A stretch of 64,000 nt of DNA, taken from contig OW569376.1 in NCBI GenBank assembly GCA_937625935.1, positions 186,001 through 250,000 on the forward strand, in the 5' to 3' direction. Made by a program: the position numbers and the translations under genes. The stretch comes from Tetramitus jugosus (taxonomy: Eukaryota; Protista; Heterolobosea). Below are positions 34,005 through 42,977 of this stretch, piece after piece (within the stretch, counting starts at the first letter, position 1; the number at the start of each line of letters is the position of its first letter). A model generated the notes under the pieces. The model was not told where the DNA came from, searched no databases, and saw nothing but the letters and a program-made list of their open reading frames with translations.

Positions 34005-34991
34005 TCATTGGTGGCCAAAAGTGTGATCCAGAAAAGATGAATAATATGGGCTCGTGTTGAATGTCGAAACACGAGTTTTGGCTAGATCCATGATCACTTT
34101 CTCCACTGCAAAAAGAGTGTAATTGTCTTCAATCTCTTGCAACTCTGGGAAATCTGCGGCGAGTTTCACAGTGCGTCCAGGTATGTTTCTCAACGATTGT
34201 GTGTACTCTGGAGAGTTGTCATTGGTCATAATGTACACTGTCTTTGGGCAATTTGGTATTCTGTCTAGAGCAACAGCAATGTTTTTTGCTGTGGTTGATT
34301 TTTCTAGAGTGGGAGTACTCGCAAGTCTGTCCCCTCTTCTGCTGTGTACGCATGTATAGGTTCCCAACTTTTTCGCTATTCCTTCTCCAAGAGCTACTAG
34401 ATGCTTGGCCTGTTTCATTTCGAATGAGGGAGGGTTGTCCAGTATTCCAATGAATGGTTTGCACTTACGAATCAAAGTGCACCTTATGCGTGGGATACGT
34501 ATCACACGTTTTTGTTCACGAGCTTCTGGGGGAATTTCATCTTCAGAGAAGAGAACTCGAAAGGGCTCTCCACCAATTTTTATGCTCGACAAGTCGTTGT
34601 ATTCGGACAAATTCGACGTAAAGTCCTTTTTGCTCTTGACGTGAACTCCAGCAAGTCTCCATTTTGGCAACACGGGCACAAAACCCATCTTATTGGCATA
34701 CAACAGGTAAACTTTCAGATTCGATCTCTGATGGGAAAGACCGCCAGGCTCCTTCAGTTTCGTTGAATCACCGAACACAAGGAACTTTGTGGTTTTGTCC
34801 ACCTCGTCGTTCTTTGGGCCACTGGGCGGAAATTCTTGGATGTTGGCCTTTTGTAATGCAGTTCCTTGATCCTTGTTCAAATGATACAAACAAACCAAGA
34901 CAATGACGATGGTGATGACAGTAAGTAAAAGTGACTTTCGATACTCTGTTTGATTGGATCGTGTACTCTTTAATGTAAAATCGTTCGACAT
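34005..34991 (-). CDS. Type II membrane O-fucosyltransferase-like (GT-B) protein
   Basis: TM anchor; GGLSHQ, CVHSRRGD, VYIMTND, FAVEKVIM motifs. Confidence 0.6.
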   Translation of the reverse strand: MSNDFTLKSTRSNQTEYRKSLLLTVITIVIVLVCLYHLNKDQGTALQKANIQEFPPSGPKNDEVDKTTKFLVFGDSTKLKEPGGLSHQRSNLKVYLLYANKMGFVPVLPKWRLAGVHVKSKKDFTSNLSEYNDLSSIKIGGEPFRVLFSEDEIPPEAREQKRVIRIPRIRCTLIRKCKPFIGILDNPPSFEMKQAKHLVALGEGIAKKLGTYTCVHSRRGDRLASTPTLEKSTTAKNIAVALDRIPNCPKTVYIMTNDNSPEYTQSLRNIPGRTVKLAADFPELQEIEDNYTLFAVEKVIMDLAKTRVSTFNTSPYYSSFLDHTFGHQ

Positions 34992-35349
34992 GTTAGTATG
35001 TGTCGCAGTGGTTGGTTTTGTTGTTTGGGTTCGGTTGACAGATGCATGATTCAAGATGATGGGTCTGTTTCTTCGTCATGTGGCAACCTTTGGGTTTCTT
35101 GAAATAGAGATCAGCAACAAAAATTCGGAACAAGTTACTACTCTTCATGCATATTTTTGCAGAGTGTGCCAGACACATCAATTACAGATTTCCTGATTCC
35201 ATTTGCCAACTGTAGATGTTCCCGCTCCAAAACGCACCTGATAAATCTCCGAGAGAACGCAATAGTCACACAAAAAATCACACACCATTTCGCGAACAAC
35301 TAAAAAGCTTTTGGCATACAAAAAAAACAGCAACAAAAAAACAACGAAG

Positions 35350-37083
35350 ATGACAGAGGATCAACAACAACAACAAGTAGAAAACACGACTGTTCCATCA
35401 TTGGCAGAAGAGACTGAAGAAGATCGTCTCAAGAGAGAAAAAAAGGATAAAAAAGAAGCTGAAAAAAAGAAGCGACGTGAAGAGCAAAAGCTCAGAGACA
35501 AGGAGAAGAAGAAGCTCAAGAAGCAACAAAAAAAGGACACTCCTTCCACTGCTAGCACCACTTCTTCTTCAGGAGCCAATAAAAAAGTCAACTCTGATGG
35601 CATCACCATCAAGAAGACTGAAGATTTTGGTGAATGGTTCACTCAATCCATTACCAAATCAGAAATGATTGAGTACTATGATGTCAGTGGATGTTACATT
35701 TTGAGACCATATTCGTATGAGATTTGGGAACAAATCAAGTCATTTGTCGATGGTGTCATTAAGAAGATGGGTGTCAAGAATGCCATGTTCCCACTGTTTG
35801 TCACCAAGAGTGCACTTGAGAAGGAGAAGGCTCACGTGGAAGGATTTAGTGCTGAAGTCGCTTGGGTCACCAAATCTGGTCAAAGTGATTTGGCTGAGCC
35901 ATTGGCCATTCGTCCAACAAGTGAAACCATCATGTACCCTGCATATTCCAAGTGGGTTCGTTCCTACAGAGACTTGCCACTCAAGTTGAACCAGTGGACC
36001 AATGTGGTTCGTTGGGAGTTTAAGCACGCTGTTCCATTTATTCGTTCGAGAGAATTCTTGTGGCAAGAAGGACACACTGCATTTGCAACTGAACAGGAAG
36101 CAGGTGAAGAAGTGTATCAAATCTTGGACATGTACAGACGTGTGTACGAAGAGTTGTTGGCCGTTCCTGTTGTCAAGGGAAAGAAATCAGAGAGTGAAAA
36201 GTTTGCTGGTGGATACTATACTACGTCGGTGGAGGCATTCATTCCAACCAATGGACGTGCTGTCCAAGGAGCCACTTCTCACTGTCTCGGTCAAAACTTT
36301 TCCAAAATGTTTGACATTCAGTTCGAATCCGAACAGGGAGGTGAGAAGCAATACGCTTGGCAAAACTCTTGGGGTCTCACTACGAGAACCATTGGTGTCA
36401 TGGCCATGGTTCACGGTGATGACGACGGTGTCGTATTCCCACCAAGAGTCGCTCCAACACAAGTTGTTGTTGTTCCATTGTACTTTAAGGACCGTGTGGA
36501 CAATGACACATTGAACAAGAAGGCCAAGGAGATTTATGATGCATTGATTGATGCAGGTGTGAGAGCTGAGCTTGACACGAGAGACTACAAGAACCCAGGC
36601 TTCAAGTTTAGTTATTGGGAAGTGAGAGGTGTTCCATTGAGAATTGAACTCGGTCCAAAGGACTTTGAACAAGGTCAAATCACATTGGTCAAGAGATATA
36701 ACCGTGAGAAGTTTACCATGTCATTGAACGAATTTAAGGGAGCTGATGTTCAAGCTGTCTTGGACAACATTCAACACGAAATGTTTGAAAAGGCAAAGGC
36801 TGAGAGAGACAACAGAATGCCAAACGTTCACACATGGGCCGAGTTTATGGCCGAGTTGAACAAGAGCAATATGTGTTTGGCACCATGGTGTGACAGACCA
36901 GAATGTGAAGAACAAATCAAGCAAAGATCCAAGCGTGACAGCAATGAGCAAGAAGCTCTCTTGACTGCCAGCGCAAAGAGTTTGTGTATCCCACTGGAAC
37001 AAAAGGAATTGCCAGCCAATCAAAAGTGTGTCAACTGTGAACACGATGCCAAGTTGTGGTGCTTGTTCGGTAGAAGTTATTAA
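35350..37083 (+). CDS. proS: Prolyl-tRNA synthetase (eukaryote/archaea type)
   Basis: IEYYDVSGCYILRP, IRPTSET, REFLWQEGH, QGATSHCLGQNF, QNSWGLTTR, C-terminal FGRSY; TAA stop 37081-37083 abuts the transposon TIR. Confidence 0.96.
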   Translation: MTEDQQQQQVENTTVPSLAEETEEDRLKREKKDKKEAEKKKRREEQKLRDKEKKKLKKQQKKDTPSTASTTSSSGANKKVNSDGITIKKTEDFGEWFTQSITKSEMIEYYDVSGCYILRPYSYEIWEQIKSFVDGVIKKMGVKNAMFPLFVTKSALEKEKAHVEGFSAEVAWVTKSGQSDLAEPLAIRPTSETIMYPAYSKWVRSYRDLPLKLNQWTNVVRWEFKHAVPFIRSREFLWQEGHTAFATEQEAGEEVYQILDMYRRVYEELLAVPVVKGKKSESEKFAGGYYTTSVEAFIPTNGRAVQGATSHCLGQNFSKMFDIQFESEQGGEKQYAWQNSWGLTTRTIGVMAMVHGDDDGVVFPPRVAPTQVVVVPLYFKDRVDNDTLNKKAKEIYDALIDAGVRAELDTRDYKNPGFKFSYWEVRGVPLRIELGPKDFEQGQITLVKRYNREKFTMSLNEFKGADVQAVLDNIQHEMFEKAKAERDNRMPNVHTWAEFMAELNKSNMCLAPWCDRPECEEQIKQRSKRDSNEQEALLTASAKSLCIPLEQKELPANQKCVNCEHDAKLWCLFGRSY

Positions 37084-37096
37084 GGTGGCGGTCTAC
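37084..37096 (+). repeat. Left terminal inverted repeat
   Basis: GGTGGCGGTCTAC, exact reverse complement of 39755-39767. Confidence 0.9.
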
Positions 37097-37099
37097 CAA

Positions 37100-37130
37100 C
37101 TCCTCGTATAAATAGGGCTCCTCGTATAAA
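37100..37130 (+). repeat. Subterminal direct repeat 2 x CTCCTCGTATAAA
   Basis: Exact 13-mers at 37100-37112 and 37118-37130. Confidence 0.85.
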
Positions 37131-37698
37131 ATGATTTTTGTTTGAGAAAAAAGAAGCAAGATGTGGGTCGATCAAAAAACATCAGAATCCATACACAAGT
37201 GTTAATCATCCACAATACTGTGAATTCTCGGTTACAAGCAACACTTTCGTGCTTTGTGATTTCTCTGCGGCGGAGGTTCGGGCTTCTTTATTTGGGCCAG
37301 TGGACAGGAACATTGAAGCTCTCTGGAGAATACAAAAACACACTTGGATGATGAGTCATCCACACGTTGTCATTAAACAAGTTCTGAGTCAAAGATGCAA
37401 TACTTGGTAGAGTTTCATATTGGAGTCTCCTCCAGTAGATGATTTCGGTTGTTGTGTGTATTGGTTCAGAGGATGGACGATGGACGTTTTCTTTCAAGAC
37501 GCGAGATTGAACCACCCAAGAAGAAATAAAGCATTTGCCAAACGAGTAACGTCATCTTTCTGTTGCCTAAATCTCAGTTTCCTCTAAGCTGCGGAATTGG
37601 TGCAGTTGTAAAAATTTCCGTTGAGACTGTCTTTACAACGGCAACGGCCATCTACCTCGGTTTAAAAAGCGCTGTCTTTTTCGCTGTTTGATTCAACT

Positions 37699-37746
37699 CA
37701 CACAACAAATACAACACACAACAAATACACCACACAACAAATACAA
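37699..37746 (+). repeat. Tandem 16-bp repeat x3 (CACACAACAAATACAM) in the Fanzor leader
   Basis: Units at 37699-37714, 37715-37730 and 37731-37746, directly before ATG 37754. Confidence 0.85.
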
Positions 37747-37753
37747 TAACATT

Positions 37754-39682
37754 ATGCCACGAGGCGTGCCTAAGGACGGCAAGAGAAAGAGGAAGAGAAA
37801 AGCTGTCGAAAAGGACAAATACTCATCACACTATGTGGTCAAGGTCGGTCTGAAGTCTCTGTTGTTGCATCATCCAACTCTGTTACCAATCATACAAACT
37901 CAAGCTCTGGAGATTACAAGGATTGCTCTTCGACTCACAAGATTTATAAACATATTTGTTTTGAGGCACTTGGAGAACAATTGTGATATCCCTCTCTTGA
38001 ATCAAGGATTTATTCAACGAATCGGTTCAGTGTTGTTTGGACGCAAGTCGAAGACAAGAGACGATAATGTCAACCTCATCAACGGGTCTGTCAACATGGA
38101 TGACGTAACAATCAAGCTAAGGAAGATTTATGAGAAGATTTCCAAATCCATCAATTACGTTGCCAAGTCTCTCAATGTCAATATTTCTAACATGCTCAAG
38201 TTCACATTGGAACAAAGACTGAGAAAGTATTTGAGAGTGAGGATGAATCAATTGCACAATGACCAATCAATCCCAAGGTCTGAATACAGAAGAGTCATAG
38301 AATACATCATCAGAAAGTTGACATTCGCCACTCCAGTTTATGATTTTGTCAAACTGCCTCCAAAAGAGTTGATAGAGACTATTCCTGTGTTGATCCGAGA
38401 GGTTCGAACACTTGTTGGTGCTAAAGCTGACGAAGTGATTGATGAATCTTTTGTGAACAACAACACCAACAACATGCTGAAGTTTTACTGGCATGTTCAA
38501 CAGTTTCTGATTGGCAATGGAGTGAAATCATTTGCATTGTTGCCCTTGTCCCACTTTAAATGTAGATGCATGGAGATAGGTACGACGGACCTGATAGACA
38601 TGCTCCAACAGAAGAAGAAATCTGGAGGACAAAAGAAGGGAAATGTACAAGTAATTGAACCCATTGAATTGAAATACAATCTCGAGTGTTTGAATATCGG
38701 AACAAAGAAGATTCAAATCGACTCTATCAGAACTGACGGTATTCAAGCCTCAGTTGTTCTCAGACATCAACTCGTTGGCAATCACAAGAACAATAAGGCA
38801 AAAGAATCCAAGGGCCAGAAAGAAGCAAAGAAGAGAAAGAAAGAAACAAGTATGAACGAAGGTGCTGAATATTTGGTTGGGATTGACCCGGGTATTGTTA
38901 CGTTGGTGAGTTGTGCTGATTCAGATGGCAAGAAGTGGGAGTTGTCTAACAAAACATATAGACATCTGTCCCACCATTCAAAAAACTCCAAGCGATTGTT
39001 GAAATACAAAGCAGAATGGAACGAAATGAATGAGAAGAACTTGGATGAACTCCAAAACTCAATCAAACAGGCCGGTGTACCAACAAGTGGTCTGTTCCTT
39101 GAACACATCAATTCTGTAATGAAAGTCGAGGATGATTTGTTGAATTTTTATTGCACCCCAAAGGTGAAGAGACTGAATTGGGATAGCTATATAATGAGAG
39201 ATAAGACGATTGCCAATGTTATGAATGACTTTCGAAAGAGAGCAAATGGAAGAAGCATGTTAATTGGGATGGGCAATGCTGGTTTTGGTCATTGTTACAA
39301 AGGACATGCTCCAACACCAAAAGGAAAGCTATTGAAAAAGTTGAATGAGCACTTCAAAGTGAAAATGATCGACGAATTCATGACAAGTCAGAAATGTCAT
39401 CATTGCCATTCTCACATGAAGCCAGTCAAGCATAAGAGAATAGACAAGAATGGAACGTTGAATGTCTCTGTCGTCCGAGGAGTTAAACAGTGTGCAACCA
39501 CTAAATGTTTAGTGACTCACAACAGAGACATCAATGCGGCCAAGAACATGCTCCATCTACTGAGAACAGAAATGGATGGACAGTCACGTCCCGATGCCTT
39601 CAAGAGGAAGAAAAAGGTCGCAAAAGAATTAATCAAAATGGTGGAACACCTCCAAGGCTCACTCCATCAAGCTGCTATGTAA
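37754..39682 (+). CDS. Fanzor (Fanzor1-like) RNA-guided endonuclease, eukaryotic TnpB homologue, 642 aa
   Basis: N-terminal NLS-like KRKRKRK; RTDG motif; RuvC-I VGIDPG (codon 38885); RuvC-II strand LIGMGN with Gly at the usual Glu position and relocated Glu in IDEFMTS (39374); Zn ribbon CHHC...CATTKC; RuvC-III NRDINAAKN (39527). Confidence 0.92.
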   Translation: MPRGVPKDGKRKRKRKAVEKDKYSSHYVVKVGLKSLLLHHPTLLPIIQTQALEITRIALRLTRFINIFVLRHLENNCDIPLLNQGFIQRIGSVLFGRKSKTRDDNVNLINGSVNMDDVTIKLRKIYEKISKSINYVAKSLNVNISNMLKFTLEQRLRKYLRVRMNQLHNDQSIPRSEYRRVIEYIIRKLTFATPVYDFVKLPPKELIETIPVLIREVRTLVGAKADEVIDESFVNNNTNNMLKFYWHVQQFLIGNGVKSFALLPLSHFKCRCMEIGTTDLIDMLQQKKKSGGQKKGNVQVIEPIELKYNLECLNIGTKKIQIDSIRTDGIQASVVLRHQLVGNHKNNKAKESKGQKEAKKRKKETSMNEGAEYLVGIDPGIVTLVSCADSDGKKWELSNKTYRHLSHHSKNSKRLLKYKAEWNEMNEKNLDELQNSIKQAGVPTSGLFLEHINSVMKVEDDLLNFYCTPKVKRLNWDSYIMRDKTIANVMNDFRKRANGRSMLIGMGNAGFGHCYKGHAPTPKGKLLKKLNEHFKVKMIDEFMTSQKCHHCHSHMKPVKHKRIDKNGTLNVSVVRGVKQCATTKCLVTHNRDINAAKNMLHLLRTEMDGQSRPDAFKRKKKVAKELIKMVEHLQGSLHQAAM

Positions 39683-39771
39683 ATCCCGATTATGTAGGAG
39701 CGTTAAGGTGTCTTATCGGGAAACCATAATGTTTTTATTATGGCTTGATGGACAGTAGACCGCCACCTTAA
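39663..39771 (+). ncRNA. Predicted Fanzor omega-RNA scaffold (guide would continue from 39772)
   Basis: 10-bp stem 39663-39672/39743-39752; hairpins 39684-39690/39715-39721 and 39724-39730/39737-39743; 8-bp pseudoknot 39703-39710/39764-39771; position at ORF 3' end and element right end matches TnpB/Fanzor architecture. Confidence 0.75.
39755..39767 (+). repeat. Right terminal inverted repeat
   Basis: GTAGACCGCCACC followed by TTAA. Confidence 0.9.
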
Positions 39772-40058
39772 GGTATCAGAGTACAACTCGAAATAAAATA
39801 ACTAGTCATATTCATCAAACATTACACTTTCAGAAACAATAAAAACTTGCAGCAACAATTCTTACAAAATCGTTTGAACATTTCCTTTACATATTAACTT
39901 GAAGTCATCGGAAAACATATATGGTTTCCCTCGCATCCTATCGCAAGATTTTTCCCTCCCTCATACAGAGAGAAGATCACATAATAATCATCCAGAATAT
40001 AATAATAATAATAGCCATAATCACAATGAAAATAACTAGTCGTTTCGCCCTTCTCTCT

Positions 40059-41086
40059 CTATTCCATCTTCTTTCCTACAGCAGCCTTCTCCTTCAACTT
40101 GCGCTCCTGCTTCTTCTTTGCTTCGAAATAAGGCTTTGCTGTACCGAACAAGACATCCCACCAGATAAAGTTGCTCGAAAAGGCGCCATTGTACGTTCTG
40201 TGATGGTAATCATGCAAATCAGCACCTCCGAAAAAGTGGAGAATATTGTTGGGAGACAGTGGGAAATCATAGCCAGAGTGCGTCTCAATGGCAGACAATT
40301 GACGAACATTGACCCAAATGTACAACACGAGAACATGAGGTCTAAACAGCATTGGTCCACTAAAGGTAGCCATTCCCTGCATCAAAATCTCAATTGGATG
40401 AGCATAACTAGCTGCGAGAGCACTTGGATAGGTGAATTCATGATGAACGTGATGAACGTTTCGGTAGAGCCATGGTGTGTGCAACAATCGATGAATCCAA
40501 TAATGAGAAAAATCTTCACTCACAGAAAAGAAGACGAGTTGAGCAATCATGGTCCAAATACCGGGCAATTCCTCTACGGAGACCTTTAGGAATTGAATGG
40601 ATGGATGAGTAAAGAACATGAAGGCAACAAGGTACAGTGGCCACATGACCAAAAAGTAGCTCTTTAGCAAATGAACCACGGCTTTCATGAGCATTTTTGA
40701 GTCATTCTTCTTGTTCTTCTAATAAGCATAGAGCAGCAAAAAAAAAATGGCAAGTGTTAAAACAACAACAACAATAAACAAACAACAAACAAACGACATA
40801 ATTAAACAGAACATGATAAACAACATACTTGAATCTTGTACTTTTGAATAAATGGTAAATCAGCCATCTCTAACAAGTGCATGAGACCACATGGTATGAC
40901 ATAGCTCAAGATGAGACTGAGAAAAGGGAAGAGAATGGTGACCAACCATGGGTGATACTGGTCGAGCATATAGGACCAAAAAGCGATCACTGCTTCATTG
41001 CACGCAACAGTAAAGGAACTGTTGGCAATGGATTGAACAATGGGTAACTGAGAGAGTACTGCAGTCATTGTGCTGTTATTGCTCAT
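40059..41086 (-). CDS. ERG25: Sterol C4-methyl oxidase-like / fatty acid hydroxylase family (2 exons)
   Basis: His boxes HYWIHRLLH, HHVHH, HDYHH; YAHPIE, HSGYDFP; in-frame intron 40719-40828. Confidence 0.75.
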
Positions 41087-41535
41087 GAGATATGTGTGTC
41101 GCTATGATGATGCGTTTGACAACAACTGTTGTGTGTTTTTTGCTTTTTATCCTTGTTGTTGGCGACAAAATTGGAGTTTTTGTTGTGCCTGTGAAAAAAA
41201 GGACGACGGAGTAACGTTGGTTGGCGGGCTTTGCTACCTTTTCGGGAACGTTTTGGAACAAAGGATGACAAGGTGTTGACCAGGAATGAGATAGATCATT
41301 CTCCGAGAGACAATGATCATCCGGATTGAATAGCCGCGAGGTACCTCTACTTGAGTATGTGAATTCGAATCGGTCTTTGAATGAAACAATACAACAATGA
41401 GGGGTACCTTGTTCTTGTTCTCTTGGGCGAGATACTGTGCTTACATCTCAACTCAAAGTTTTCCCCATCGATTACGATGACTCTTCCAATGAACCATTGA
41501 ATTTGAAAACAGACGGTTTGGTCATTTCCATTTGT

Positions 41536-42492
41536 TCAATCATAGTGCTTTCTCATACGACGACTTACTTCGAACGTTGTTTTGACTTGATAACTTGGAA
41601 TGAGCATATTGCTCGTTGTTGGTAGTCTAGCATCCGCGCCAACCACTCTCATGTTCTTAAATTTGCCCATATCTCTGCGATAGCGTTCAATTGCGAGATA
41701 ATCTTTCAAAAACAAGTCATTCTCATTGAATTGTTGTCCATCAACTGCAGAAGAGCTACTGGCACTCAAACGACGTTCAATAGCAGATCGCATAAATGGT
41801 GGTAACCATTGTAATTGATCCGAATTTAAAATAGAGCTTAAACCTCCCATACGCTGAGACACTGCTTGCCACAAGAGACCAACAAGTGAAACACTTGAGC
41901 GATCGGACATGATTGAACGCATGAGCGATGATTGCCGAGTATCATTACCCTCCATCCTTAACCTCATCATATCATTCTCATCCTCATCAGTGTCAAACAA
42001 TTTCATTTGATCACGAATGACCTTTTCAACCAATTCTTGTCGAAGGACGGATGACGATGTTGGTGGTTCATATCCACTCTCACCCAAATCATACATTTCA
42101 CCATCTTCACCCTCATCACTCTCTTCTTCGTCATCTTCATCATCATCTTTGTCATTTACTTCATTTTCGTTCTCTCCTTCATTTTCTTCATCACTTGCTT
42201 GACTTTCCTCTCTATTGTGCTCAGTTTCTTCAAGTTCTTCATCATTCGTTTTTTCGAAGTCTTGATCAATCTGCTCTTCATCTAGAGATTGTTCCTCATC
42301 ATCGGTCACATGGTCATCATCTTTGTCCGCTTCATCATTTGTACTGCTCTCATCATCGCTACTGCTGCTGCTGCTACTGTCACTATCACTTTTGGTATCC
42401 AAGTTCCATGGATCCCGCTTACTCAATAATGTGTCATGATCAGTGTCTTGTAAGCTATTGTGGTCATCATTGGATGGGTCGATTTCGTTCAT
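41536..42492 (-). CDS. Hypothetical highly acidic protein
   Basis: 318-aa ORF with D/E-rich N-terminal half; a GTAAGT near the end may indicate a further exon. Confidence 0.6.
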   Translation of the reverse strand: MNEIDPSNDDHNSLQDTDHDTLLSKRDPWNLDTKSDSDSSSSSSSDDESSTNDEADKDDDHVTDDEEQSLDEEQIDQDFEKTNDEELEETEHNREESQASDEENEGENENEVNDKDDDEDDEEESDEGEDGEMYDLGESGYEPPTSSSVLRQELVEKVIRDQMKLFDTDEDENDMMRLRMEGNDTRQSSLMRSIMSDRSSVSLVGLLWQAVSQRMGGLSSILNSDQLQWLPPFMRSAIERRLSASSSSAVDGQQFNENDLFLKDYLAIERYRRDMGKFKNMRVVGADARLPTTSNMLIPSYQVKTTFEVSRRMRKHYD

Positions 42493-42977
42493 TTTTTGGT
42501 TGGAGACGGCAAAAAAAATCGACGGAGAAATAATATCGGGACAAGAATGTTCACTGGTCAGACCAAGTACGATGTTCGAGGAAGCTCATTTTTGAAGTTA
42601 TCCAGGGAATGAAAAAGTCACCCTACAACTGGTCATTATAAATGACAATAATACCCTAGGGTGCTCATAAAGGAAATAGAACCTAAATATTAGCGTGTCC
42701 TCCACAGAGTTCGATAAATTAACGAGCCCAGCAAAGGAGCAGAGGAATGGTGGTTCTCCAGTGGGAATTCTTCATTCTTTATACTCTCACACCCAAAATA
42801 CTACCTCTGGAATTGAAAAAGAGAGAGTGGCAATTCTCTGCGAAGAACCATATAAATTGAATACACCTAAAAATTGAAGACAACACCCACAACAATACAC
42901 TACTCTGAAGAGCCAACCTCAACAACAAATAAATTTTCCAACACTCATTGAGAAAATATTTGCTCAGTACATTGATA

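Larger units (their letters stand above)
37084..39767 (+). mobile_element. Non-autonomous TIR DNA transposon carrying a Fanzor nuclease
   Basis: Perfect 13-bp TIR GGTGGCGGTCTAC (37084-37096) / GTAGACCGCCACC (39755-39767), each flanked by TTAA (37080-37083; 39768-39771); encloses the Fanzor ORF; no transposase ORF recognised. Confidence 0.9.

Noticed and set aside
37138-37515. Short ORFs in the element's left arm, considered as a transposase remnant
   Set aside because: No DDE, HUH or serine-recombinase motifs recognisable.
37699-37746. Three 16-bp repeats next to a Cas12-related nuclease, considered as a CRISPR-like array
   Set aside because: The repeats are contiguous with no spacers, low-complexity and similar to host CAA-rich leaders.
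37688-37753. ORF-track TTG start for the Fanzor (664 aa)
   Set aside because: The extension is only the translated tandem repeat; ATG 37754 is the plausible eukaryotic start.
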